NCBI GenBank assembly: GCA_964016885.1
Contig: OZ024744.1
Coordinates: 62,372,001 to 62,436,000, forward strand
DNA: 64,000 nt
Direction of reading: 5' to 3'
From: Eledone cirrhosa
Taxonomy: Eukaryota
The position numbers were made by a program, and so were the translations under genes. Positions 1-11,515 of this stretch are shown here, piece after piece (position 1 is the first letter of the stretch; each line of letters starts with the position of its first letter). Under the pieces are notes generated by a model. That model saw only the letters and a program-made list of their open reading frames with translations, did not search any database and was not told where the DNA came from.

Positions 1-918
1 TACAAGACGAATATTGAAAACACTGTGACTACGACTAGAAGATTCATTTAAAGCAGTTCGAGCAACTCTCCGCCGATTTTGACCTTTGTAGATAACATTG
101 AAAGCTTCATCAGGACTTTTCACTTCAACTTCTTTACAACCATGAATATACATCATCTTGTTATTATCTTCTCGAATTATTTTAGCTTGCTGGGCCTTGT
201 AGCCAACAATAGGATCAGAGGTCAGCTCTTCCAACAAATCATACACTGCATTATTATAAACTTCAACATAGGATACAAACACAGCATACAAAATCTGGTT
301 GTTGACACCTTCAACTTTTGTTTTATCTCGTAGACGTGGGTTTTGCAAGAACTCAGATCTGTCTTTTTTAGGAGTCTTTGGACAATCAGAACGAGAGGGC
401 ATGATATCATCTTGGAGTTTTGCCATTGCATCAGCTTCACTTTGAACTGTAAAACCATTCTGGTAGTCAGGCTGGAAAACATATTTTTTTGCCTGATGAT
501 GATCAATTGTGTTGAAGATGACATCAAGACATCTTGGTAATAAACCTTGATCTTTTGGACTACCAGTCATGGTGTAGGTCTTACCAGACCCAGTCACACC
601 ATAAGTGAACAGAAGAGTATTACGACCAGCAATAAGATCTTCAACAAGAGGCAAAGCAACCACATCAAACACCTCTTTCTGTGATGAACATTCATTAAAG
701 ACTTGCTGGAGTGTGTATAAGAATTCTCTTGGCTGTGTATGTCGGGTTCCATCAACAGGTTGTGTCAGCCGTATCTGGTTATCACATACACTTTCCAGAC
801 ATACACTAGTGGGGTCATCAGCTGGTTTAATACGACAGTAGACCTCCACAGGTTCTGTAACAGATATTCCAGTAAATGGAAATTTCTTCTTTGGGGTTTT
901 CCCCCTCTGTCCTTTCAT
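1..918 (-). CDS. KIF23: Kinesin-6 family motor, KIF23/MKLP1/pavarotti-like (N-terminal 306 codons; continues beyond window start)
   Basis: Manual translation from ATG at 918 is stop-free to position 1: MKGQRGKTPKKK...EPVEVYCRIKP...LLFTYGVTGSGKTYTM (P-loop)...GLLPRCLDVIFN...(long kinesin-6 loop-6 insert)...YAVFVSYVEVYNNAVYDLL...LNESSSRSHSVFNIRLV (switch I). A splice-acceptor-like ttgtttcag ends at 942, 23 nt upstream of the ATG. Confidence 0.92.
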   Translation of the reverse strand, partial: MKGQRGKTPKKKFPFTGISVTEPVEVYCRIKPADDPTSVCLESVCDNQIRLTQPVDGTRHTQPREFLYTLQQVFNECSSQKEVFDVVALPLVEDLIAGRNTLLFTYGVTGSGKTYTMTGSPKDQGLLPRCLDVIFNTIDHHQAKKYVFQPDYQNGFTVQSEADAMAKLQDDIMPSRSDCPKTPKKDRSEFLQNPRLRDKTKVEGVNNQILYAVFVSYVEVYNNAVYDLLEELTSDPIVGYKAQQAKIIREDNNKMMYIHGCKEVEVKSPDEAFNVIYKGQNRRRVARTALNESSSRSHSVFNIRLV

Positions 919-1032
919 ATTGACGATAAAATCAGCCGACTCTGAAACAACGCTGAAATTAGTGTATAGATACACAGTTTATCAAAATTAAATTGACCGC
1001 CAACTAATCGTTCGCCATTTAAATTAACAATT

Positions 1033-1035
<3 letters not shown>

Positions 1036-1064
<29 letters not shown>

Positions 1065-1375
1065 CATACATACATACATACATACATACATACATACATG
1101 GTGGCTGCCAAATCGTTTTCGAGTACGGCCACTACTTTATATCCATGTAGGAGAACCCCTACCGATGCGCTGAACGAGTGTGACATTTTAGTCCAGCCAG
1201 CGACTTGAAAACATACATACATACATACATACATACATACATACATACATACATACATACATACATACATACATACATACATGATGGCTGTCCCCTCGTT
1301 ATTGAGTATGGCCATTGCACGAGGAGAAAAAAAATTAATAAATAAATAAAAAATAAAATAAAAATAAAAATAAAG

Positions 1376-1436
<61 letters not shown>

Positions 1437-1608
1437 TATACAGATATACACACACATACATATACACACACACATATACATTAATAACAATAATAATAAT
1501 AATAACAACAATAATAATAACGACAACAGCAATAATAATATACATATACATATATATATACACATACACGCACACACATAAACATATCTATACACACACA
1601 CACACACA
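1036..1608. repeat. Compound microsatellite block (CATA)n/(TA)n/(AAT)n/(CA)n containing two short RTE 3'-end fragments (~1098-1211, ~1283-1326, minus strand)
   Basis: Perfect CATA and TA arrays; 1098-1211 matches the element ends at ~5505-5616 and ~24105-24217. Confidence 0.85.
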
Positions 1609-3442
1609 CGATAGCAACTAACAGAGCTGCGATCGAATGTGGCTTTTTAGCCCAGCCAATGATCTAAAATGTCTTGCAGAGTCGGCAACCAAAACATTCA
1701 CTGGGAATAGCCGGCTGTGGTTGGAGTTCGTGTACTTTTGCATGTTGCTTGAGCCCTCCTACATTCTCTACCACATGTTTGGTAAGCATGATGAGTAGCA
1801 TCTCCAACAGCAGCCTGGTAGTCAACCACTGGTCTTACTTTATGACTGCGAAGATGACTTTCGAGTCCAGCTTTGCTTAGGCAGAGTCTCGCACAGACGT
1901 TGCATGTCAGCACCATAGGAGGACCCTCGCCGTCTGGAAGTGCAACAGCAATGCCCTTCCTCACATCCCGCTTTACTTTCTCGTATGCGATTCGAGATGC
2001 CTCAAAGTCAACTTTTCCCTCATATACAGTCTTTCTCCATTTATTACGATCAGCAGCAATATTTTCCCATGTATCAGCAGAGATGTTAGCGTCTTTCAGA
2101 GAGGCTTTCAAGGAATCCTTATACCTCTTTTTTGGTTTATGTGGCGGTCGTTTTCCTTTAACCAACTCTCCATAAAAGAGTTGTTTTGGTATTCTAGAAT
2201 CCTTCATCCTGGCAAGGTGACCACTCCAACGGAGTCGTTGCTTAAGCACAAGAGCTTCTATACTGTCACACATAGAGCTTTCCAAAATCTCGACATCACT
2301 GATGTAGTCCCTCCAGTGAACGCCATGGATCCGTCTGAGACACATCTGATGGAAACGCTCCAATTGCTTAAGGTGGTGTCGATATGTGACCCAGGTCTCG
2401 CAGGCATAAAGAAGACAAGAGAGCACACAGGCCCTGTACATCTTTACCTTTGTCCTCCTGCATATGTCTCGCCGACCCCAGAGTCGCCTTTCTAGCTTTC
2501 CGAAAGCATCACTTGCTTTCCTAATCCTAAGTGAGATTTCACTGTCAAGGCTGCTGTATCGATTGACAGTGCTTCCCAGGTAGACAAACTGATCAACCAC
2601 TCCAAGTCGTTTACCATACACATAGATATTTGGTTCAGTGTACTGCTTACCAGGGGCAGGTTGGTACATGACGACGGTTTTCTTGAGCCTGACAGTCAAT
2701 CCTAGGGCAGTGCAAGCGTCAGAAAATGCATTCAAAATGTGCTGCATATCACTCGCTGTGTGCGCTACAAGATCGCAATCATCTGCATACAAGGGTCTCT
2801 TATGATTGATGTAAATACTTTTGTCTTTGCAGCAAAGCGCCTGATGTTAAATATGCTGCCTGAGGTTCGATATCAGATGTAAACACCATGCTCGCAATTC
2901 CTGAATGCAATACAGAAAACCATTGCAAAGTATATGGCAAACAGGGTCGGTGCTGGAATATCCCCCTGTTTCACTCCATTTTTTACTGAGATAGGCTCCG
3001 ACATGTTACCTCCGACATTAACCCAAGCCTTCATGTCGTCATGGAAAGACCTAACTAAAGCAAGGAACTTATCAGGGCAACCAAGTTTCTGGAGAACCTT
3101 CCATAATGCATCTCTGTTAACAGTATCGAAAGCTTTTGTCAGATCGACAAAAACCTGATATAGATCCAAGCCTTGTTCCATGCACTTCTCCTGGAGCTGT
3201 CTAGCTGAGAAGATCATATCAGTAGTGCCGCGTCCAGCACGAAAAGCAGATTGACTTTCAGGAAGAACACAATCTGCAATGTGTGTGAGCAGACGGTCCA
3301 GTAGCACCCTACATAAAACTTTCCCTACGACAGAAAGCAACGATATACCTCTGTAGTTCCCACAATCATTCCTGTTACCCTTTCCCTTGTACAAGACCAC
3401 CATTACTGCATCTCTCCAGTCCTCAGGTACGGATTCATTAGC
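1609..3442 (-). mobile_element. 5'-truncated RTE-clade LINE (RT plus C-terminal C2H2 zinc finger), frame-disrupted
   Basis: ORFs 2873-3440 (NYRGISLLS, FVDLTKAFDTV, GVKQG) and 1698-2792 (YADD, LLYACETW, RLRWSGHLARM, CNVCARLCLSKAGLESHLRSH); the 5' end abuts (CATA)n. Confidence 0.92.
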
Positions 3443-3580
3443 ACATACATACTTACGTACGTACGTACATACATACATACATACATACATACATGCATAC
3501 ATACATACATACATACATACATACATACATACATACATACATACATACATACATACATACATACATACATACATACATAC

Positions 3581-5474
3581 AAAATGATTCAGGAAAAAAC
3601 AACAAAGAATCGCAGAAACATGACTGTGGTGTGGCTGGACTATCAAAAAGCATTTGATAGTGTACCTCATGGGTGGATTATTAAGGCTTTACAGTTAGCT
3701 AAAGTCCCGCAACCATTGGTAGCTGCTGTTGAACGCCTGACCAAGAACTGGTACACCAATTTGATCCTTAGAGATGAGAAGGAGCAAGTTAAGACTGATA
3801 AGATACATTACCAGAAGGGCATCTTTCAGGGTGATAGCTTGTCAGTGCTACTCTTCGTTCTTTCACTGAATCCACTATCTTACCTACTCAGGAAACAAGG
3901 TGGACAAAGTGGGCCCAGAAGTATCTCCCATCTTTTCTTTGTTGATGACCTGAAGTTGTATGGGCCAAATATCAATGACATCAAGAAACAATTGGACCTC
4001 ATTACACAATTTTCAACAGACATCAAAATGAAATTTGGTGAGTCCAAGTGTGCATATTTGGCAGTAAAACGTGGAATAACTGTGCCCTCCTCTAGAAATC
4101 TAGAGATGAACGGCTTGACAATACAACCTCTACAGTCAGGTGACAACTACAGATATCTTGGACAGGATGAGAATGTCAGATATGATGGACCCATAAATAA
4201 GGAGAGAACCAGAACTGAATACCTCAGAAGAGTAAAGAAAATATGGTCATCAGAACTGTCAGCGTACAACAAATACATTGCCCACAATACTTATGCTGTG
4301 CCAATTCTAACGCCAACATTTGGCCTGCTGAACTGGTCATTGCAAGAACTAAGTGAGATGGATGTTAGAACTCGAAAACTTCTCAGTGTTACTGGGAACT
4401 TTAACATCAATGGTGATGTGGATAGGCTATACTTCTCACGCAAGGAAGGTGGACAGGGTCTAAAATCAATATTAACAACATATGAGACCCGGATAGTAAC
4501 ACTGAAGCAACACCTTCAACAGAGGAAAAAGGTTGGCAACCATCTTGCCCAGGTTTATGAGCATGAAAAAAAAAATCATTAGAGAAATCGGAAGATCCTA
4601 TTCAATGTTCAAACAAGATAAAAAAATTGACCAATTTACAGAAAAAGTTGTGCATGGATACTTGAGGCGTAACACACAGACCATAGAGGGGATAAACCAC
4701 TCAAAAAGCCTGGCAGGGAATTCCGACAAGTTTATGACATCACACCTTGAGGGATATCTCTATGCAATACAGGAACAAGAACTCCCTACCAAATATCTGC
4801 TGCACAAAAGAGGAGGGCCATCAGCTGACAATAAATTTAGGCTATGTAAAACAAAGATCGAGGATGTAAGCCACGAAAGAATGTCATCTCGCTACTACCT
4901 CCCCATGAGACACGATGGGATAGCTAGAACCATCTGGAACGCACTTCGGAAAACAAAATTAACAACAAACGAGGAAGAATATATTGAGACAGATGGCACT
5001 AAGGAATACTGGTGGAACCTGAAAATAAAAACTGCCACCAAATTAAAGCACAACCGGCCTGATATTGTTGTTTGGGACCACACATTGAAAACGTGTTCTG
5101 TTATGGAGATCAGCTGCCCACTTGATGTAAACGTTGTCAGAAAAATACAGGAGAAGGAGGACATCTACGGACCATTGATGAGGAATTTACAAATCCAGTA
5201 TCCAAGATACACCTTTAGCTTCATACCCATCATTATTGGAGCTACGGGTTATATACCAACCCGCTTGGACCAAAGTATGACTGAACTTGGATTTGCGGAC
5301 AAAAAGCGCAGCTCCCTAATTCATAGTCTACAAATGGCTGCGATAGCTGGCACCTTCAAAATTTGCAAAACATTCTTGCGATTCAAGGGATGACAATTTC
5401 TTTTCTTTTACAACCTTGCCACCAGGAAGGTGGCCGGTGAAAAAAATATACTCGAAATTAAGAGAAAGAGATAA
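3581..5474 (+). mobile_element. 5'-truncated R4/Dong-like non-LTR retrotransposon (RT plus REL endonuclease), family A copy 1
   Basis: WLDYQKAFDSVPH, GIFQGDSLS, HLFFVDDLKLY; REL motifs RHD...HNRPDIVVWD...EISCP...KEDIY; flanked on both sides by (CATA)n. Confidence 0.9.
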
Positions 5475-5504
5475 GATATATACATACATACAAACATACA
5501 TACA

Positions 5505-6111
5505 TGGTGGCTGCCAACTCGTTTTCGAGTACGACCACTACTTTATATCGATGTAGGAGAACTCCTACCGATGCGCTGAACGAGTGTGACTTTTTAGTCC
5601 AGCCAGCGACCTGAAAACTCTGGTACAAACACTACACCTGTGAGAATTATTGACACATAGTGCTGGGCCCTTGGTACCATGTGACGACAAATGCAGAGAG
5701 ATCTCCAGATATAAAGCAATGCCTGTGCCGTAAAGCTTTTATAGTGAGCAAAGGCACTGCAAAAGCCAGTCCTACTCTCTTAACCAAGATGGTATTTACC
5801 AAAAAGAAGAACAAGTCAACATCATTGGATACCATCAAAGTTGCAGGTGTTATATCAGAGTTTTCCTTCTCTTAGAATTCTGCCTTGACAAAGGCTAAGG
5901 GGTCATCTCTCCCGGTGATTTTGGATGGCCATTGACTCTTATGAGCTCCTTAGCCCTTTGACAGGTTTTGTTTTTAGTCCTGCAAGATGTCCAAAGTCAC
6001 CCTCCTCACCAAGAAACCTTGGTGGGATTGCCAGTTTAGTCGCCAACGACCCGACCATGAGACAGGTTGTACTGGGATACATGTTACCAGTAGCACCAAC
6101 TGGTGACCTGA
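5505..6111 (-). mobile_element. Non-autonomous, internally deleted RTE derivative (5'UTR-like segment joined to zinc-finger 3' end)
   Basis: About 600 bp with no RT; the 3' part matches the copy at 23808-24217, which reads [22 protein letters not shown]; bounded by (CATA)n. Confidence 0.7.
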
Positions 6112-6169
6112 CATACATACATACATACATACATACATACATACATACATACATACATACATACATACA

Positions 6170-6200
<31 letters not shown>

Positions 6201-6202
<2 letters not shown>

Positions 6203-7132
6203 TGGCTCCCACTTTGAAGGATATGCTTTTGCAATCCAAGAACAGGAGATTAACACTAAATACCTGATTCACAAAAGAGATAGGGATGCAGGCAAGTCAC
6301 CTAGATGTGATAACAAGTACAGACTCTGCAGAACTAACATCGATGATATCACCCATGTCATCAGCAGCTGTCCAAAGATGTCATCGTGGTACTATCTACC
6401 TATGAGACATGATGTAGTGGCCAAAACACTGTACAATGCAGTTCGTAAAAAAGATAGCCCGATAATAAACACATTAAAAGCTACAGCAATGTGGAAGACA
6501 TCCATGTACATAATATGAAAGAGTACTGGTGGAATGTTCCAGTAAAAACCCCAATAAAATGCAGGCATAACAGACCAGATATTATATGGGAAAGGGAGAA
6601 GAAAGCATGCACAGTAGTGGAAATTAGCTGCCCAGCAGATGCCAATATAATATCAAAGATCAGTGAAAAGGAGAATATTTATGCAGAACTGATGAGAAAT
6701 CTGCAGATACTCCACCCTGTTTACACCTTCAGATTTATACCTGTGATTATTGGGGCACTGGGGTATTTTAGTAACTGCCTCAATACAAATCTTGAGAAGC
6801 TAGGCTTCACAGGAACAGAAAGAACACAACTAGTTAGGAAATTACAAGTACAATCTATTAATGGAACAGTAAAAATATGTAAAACATTCCAAATATTTTG
6901 CATCTAATAACTGCATATACACATGTACAGATACAAAGCATATACACATGCACACATACAACTCAAAACATACACATCCACACATACAATAACATCCATA
7001 TCTACACATGCATGCATACATACATATCTACCTAGTTGATGTGTAAATTCCAATGAGAGAGTCTTGTGTCTATGTTAGAAACCGACTCTCTCTCTATTGG
7101 TAAAACTTTGTGAAATTCTAAAACCAGAAGAA
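6201..7132 (+). mobile_element. 3' fragment of a second R4/Dong-like family (CCHC knuckle plus REL domain plus 3'UTR)
   Basis: IQEQEINTKY...RLCRTNIDDITHVISSC...RHDVVA...HNRPDII...VEISCP; 3'UTR stem ccaatgagagagtc/gactctctctctattgg (~7050-7100); (CATA)n at both ends. Confidence 0.85.
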
Positions 7133-7141
7133 CATACATAC

Positions 7142-10100
7142 AATGGCGACCGTTGTGGTCAGTGTCCGATAATCGGACGTGTGTAACTACGGCTTACATG
7201 AAGACAACATACCGTATATTGGAAAAAGTTGAGCTACATTACTGGGTAAGATTACATACAATAATTCTACATAAGTGTTTGAACTGTAAGTGTGTTGTTA
7301 AACACCTATTTATATGAACGATACATACACTTATGATATATGAACGATACATACACTTATGATATATGAACGATACATACACTTTAACATATAAATGCAA
7401 CGTTGTTATATTACATTTGTAAAGAAATATGCAAGTAACGTTTTGATTCAGAAACAAAAACATAAGTGTTTGAACTGTGAATATGTTGTAGAACACCTAC
7501 CTATTTATATGAATGATACATAAACTTTAACATTTAAATACAGCGTTGTTATATTATATTACATTCATAAAGAAATATACGAAGTAACGGGGTTTTTTTT
7601 CTCGATTCAAACGATTCAAAAACGTTTAAAACACAGTTGTAGAATTAAAAAGTAACTGAAAAGAAATATTACCCAAGCTGTTAATAACTTTAAATTTGGT
7701 TCTGACAGAACTTTGTCGAAACTTTTAAAGAAGATCATCGACTATTTTGAAAAATAAATACAAAATATTAGTGAATAGGCGAACTTATCATGGCAAAACG
7801 TATAAGTCTTCTTGACCAAATCGCAACTCCAACCGTTGTATACAGTGGAGTTACGAGCTTAACAAAGAATTATATGAAGCATACAATCAATCTGAACCCC
7901 AAAAGTTTGGTTTTATGCAAAGGCTAAAAACTTTATGGAACTCCAAACACCCAGAATTAGACTTTTCTCCAAAACATTTAAATGAACAGGCAAAACGTCT
8001 CATTAGATGTAAATTGATACATCTAACGGAATTGAGGGATACTACAAATACATCCCTTGTAGACAACCACCCCACTTCCACTGACAGACAAAGAGAATGG
8101 CCAGCTAAATCTAACAGTGAACAGCTCACCAACAATTTTGCTAAAATCCATCCCACTTCCACTGAAGAACAGCGAGAATGGTCAGCTAACTCTAGTAGTA
8201 ATTGTCACCACATCAACAACGAGGCTGAAATTCATAACTCTACTGTACAAACAGAACACCAAAAACTTGTGGACACCTTACAAGTGATATGGGATGATAT
8301 GTTTCAAGAGATACACAGCCTTAATGTGAGTGACAGACCATACCACACCAGAATCAGTAAAGAACCCACTAAATTGGAATTGGAAGCAGTGAACGAAATA
8401 GCTGACAATTATCTGAAGGCTATACGATCTAAAGGTGTAGAAACGACATTTGAAATGCTTAACATTTTGTTATATGATTCAGCTGTCACATTGCTTTCAT
8501 ATAAAAAAAACATCTAAAACCACGCAATCAAGATACGAACAAAAATCCTGAACCAACGTGGATGTGAAATTTAAAAAGCAAAATGTTGTCCCTGAGACGA
8601 AGTATCTCATACATCGCAGTCGTTATGAAATGCAACATAGAGAACAACTACACACGACACCAGGAAGACGTAAAAAAAAAATTAGAGAAACGATTTGGAG
8701 ATACAAAATTTAAAACTTTAAACTCCAAATTAAACCAGTTGAAACAACAACTCACAGCTACAACAGAAAGACTAAAATATAAGTCAACAGCAAATAAACA
8801 ACAAGTGCTAAATAGATTGTTTGCCAGAGATCCTAAATCAGTTAATCGCAGCTTCGGTAGCAAAAGCTCAATCTCTGTAAATGACACCCCTTCAAAAGAA
8901 CAGATTGAGAGCTACTGGAGATCTGTATGGGAAACGGATGACGGATTCAACAGACAAACTAAATGGCTAAAAGAACTGGAACAGGACTACTGCCAACATG
9001 TCCAGACAAAACAATATGACATAGATGGGTCAATACTGGAAACAGCTCTACAGAAAATGTTGAATAGGAAATCGCCAGGCCCAGACCTCATTACAGGATA
9101 CTGGTTGAAGAATTTCACTTTCTATCGGCAAGATCTCATACGGCTGTTTACAGAAACCATTAAAGGCACACAAGAACTGCCCGGATGGTTATCAACTGCC
9201 ACTACTATCCTCATTCCCAAAAATAGCCAAACCACCCTTGCTAAAAATTACCGCCCAATAGTCTGCCTAATCATCATGGGTGCCTTAACCTGTTCTTACA
9301 GGATCACTGTGCTACCAACAACATCATAACACCTGAGCAAGCTGGTGGAAAGAGGGAGGTGTAGGGTTGCATAGATCACCTACTAACTAATAAAATGATT
9401 CAAGAAAGAACAACAAAGAATCGCAGAAACATGACTGGTGTGGCTGGACTATCAAAAAGCATTTGATAGTGTACCTCATGGGTGGATTATTAAGGCTTTA
9501 CAGTTAGCCAAAGTCCCACAACCACTGGTAGCTGCTGTTGAACGTCTGACCAAGAACTGGTACACCAATTTGATACTTAGAGGTGAGAAGGAGAAAGTTA
9601 AGACTGATAAGATACATTACCAGAAGGGCATCTTTCAGGGTGATAGTGCTACTCATTGTTCTCTCACTAAATCCACTATCTTACCTACTCAGGAAACAAG
9701 GTGGACAAAGAAGTGGGTCCAGAAGTATCTCCCATCTTTTCTTTGTTGATGACCTGAAGTTGTATGGGCCAAATATCAATGACATCAAGAAACAATTGGA
9801 CCTCATTACACAATTTTCAACAGACATCAAAATGAAATTTGGTGAGTCCAAGTGTGCATATTTGGCAGTAAAACGTGGAATAACTGTGCCCTCCTCTAGA
9901 AATCTAGAGATGAACGGCCTGACAATACAACCTCTACAGTCAGGTGACAACTACAGATATCTAGGACAGGATGAGAATGTCAGATATGATGGACCGATAA
10001 ATGAGGAGAAAACCAGAACTGAATACCTCAGAAGAGTAAAGAAAATATGGTCATCAGAATTGTCAGCATACAACAAGTACATTGCCCACAATACTTATGC

Positions 10101-11219
10101 TGTGCCAATTCTAACGCCAACATTTGGCCTGCTGAACTGGTCATTGCAAGAACTAAGTGAGATGGATGTTAGAACTCGAAAACTTCTCAGTGTTACTGGG
10201 AACTTTAACATCAATGGTGATGTGGATAGGCTATACTTCTCACGCAAGGAAGGTGGACAGGGTCTAAAATCAATATTAACAACATATGAGACCCGGATAG
10301 TAACACTGAAGCAACACCTTCAACAGAGGAAAAAGGTTGGCAACCATCTTACCCAGGTTTATGAGCATGAAGAAAAAAATATCATTAGGATAGCCACTGA
10401 TCTGGAGGAGAGATATGGAATAAAGGCTGATATAAATCTCTCACCCAGAGAAATCGGAAGATCCTATTCAATGTTCAAACAAGGTGAAAAAAAATTGACC
10501 AATTTACAGAAAAAGTTGTGCATGGATACTTGAGACGTAAAACACAGACCATAGAGGGGATAAACCACTCAAAAAGCCTGGCATGGAGTTCTGACAAGTT
10601 TATGACATCACACCTTGAGGGATATCTCTATGCAATATAGGAACAAGAACTCCCTACCAAATATCTGCTGCACAAAAGAGGAGGGCCATCAGCTGACAAT
10701 AAATGCAGGCTATGTAAAACAAAGATCAAAGATGTAAGCCACATTGTTGCCAGCTGCGAAAGAATGTCATCTCGCTACTTCCTCCACATGAGACACGATG
10801 GGATAGCTAGAACCATCTGGAACGCACTTTGGAAAACAAAATTAAAAACAAACGAGGCTTCTGTTGTGGAGATCAGCTGCCCACTTGATCTAAATGTTGT
10901 CAGAAAAATACAGGAGAAGGAGGACATCTACAGACCATTGATGAGGAGTTTACAAATCCAGTATCCAAGATACACCTTTAGCTTCATACCCATCGTTATA
11001 TACCAACCCGCTTGGACCAATGTATAACTGAACTTGGATTTGCGGACAAAGAGCGCAGCTCCCTAATTCATATTCTACAAGTGGCTGCAATAGCTGGCAC
11101 CTTCAAAATTTGCAAAACATTCTTGCGATTCAAGGGATGACAATTTATTTTCTATTACAACCTTGCCACCAGGAAGGTGGCCGGTCAAAAATATACTCGA
11201 AATTAAGAGTAAGAGATAA
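7142..11219 (+). mobile_element. Near-full-length degenerate R4/Dong-like element, family A copy 2
   Basis: About 650 bp 5'UTR, ATG at ~7790, broken ORF pieces 7915-8517, 8583-9329 (KSPGPD, NYRPIVCL), 9438-10533 (RT) and 10764-11027 (REL); 9392-11219 is nearly identical to 3581-5474; ends in (CATA)n. Confidence 0.9.
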
Positions 11220-11230
11220 TACATACATAC

Positions 11231-11515
11231 TTGTAGGCTATGTAAAACAAAGATCGAAGATGTTAGCCACATTATTACCAACTGTGAAAGAATGTCATCC
11301 CATTACTACCTCCTGATGAGACACGATGTGAAAGCTAGAACTATCTGGAGCGCACTTAGGAAAACAAAATTAAAAACAAATGAGGTGGAATATGTTAAGA
11401 TAGATGGCACTAAAGAATACTGATGGAATCTGAAAATATAAACTGCCACCAAATTAAAACACAACTGGCCTGATATTGTTGTTTGGGACTACACATTGAA
11501 AACATGTTCTGTTGG
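11231..11515 (+). mobile_element. More diverged internal fragment of R4 family A (CCHC/REL region)
   Basis: Aligns by eye with ~4838-5102 and ~10705-10857. Confidence 0.75.

Noticed and set aside
79-945. Short ORFs in the track (79-333, 222-527, 343-540, 605-841, 739-945)
   Set aside because: Antisense or off-frame shadows of the kinesin frame 918..1.
1034-1607. MYVC/YI/HTYI-repeat ORFs here and at ~3387-3653, 5925-6272, 21023-22035, 23505-23838
   Set aside because: Translations of CATA/TA/CA microsatellites, not proteins.
7142-7240. Ribozyme at the 5' end of the full-length R4 element
   Set aside because: Only simple hairpins (gtccga/tcggac) were seen; no HDV or hammerhead consensus could be fitted.
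7311-7385. CRISPR-like short repeats
   Set aside because: Contiguous tandem units without unique spacers, in eukaryotic DNA with no cas genes.
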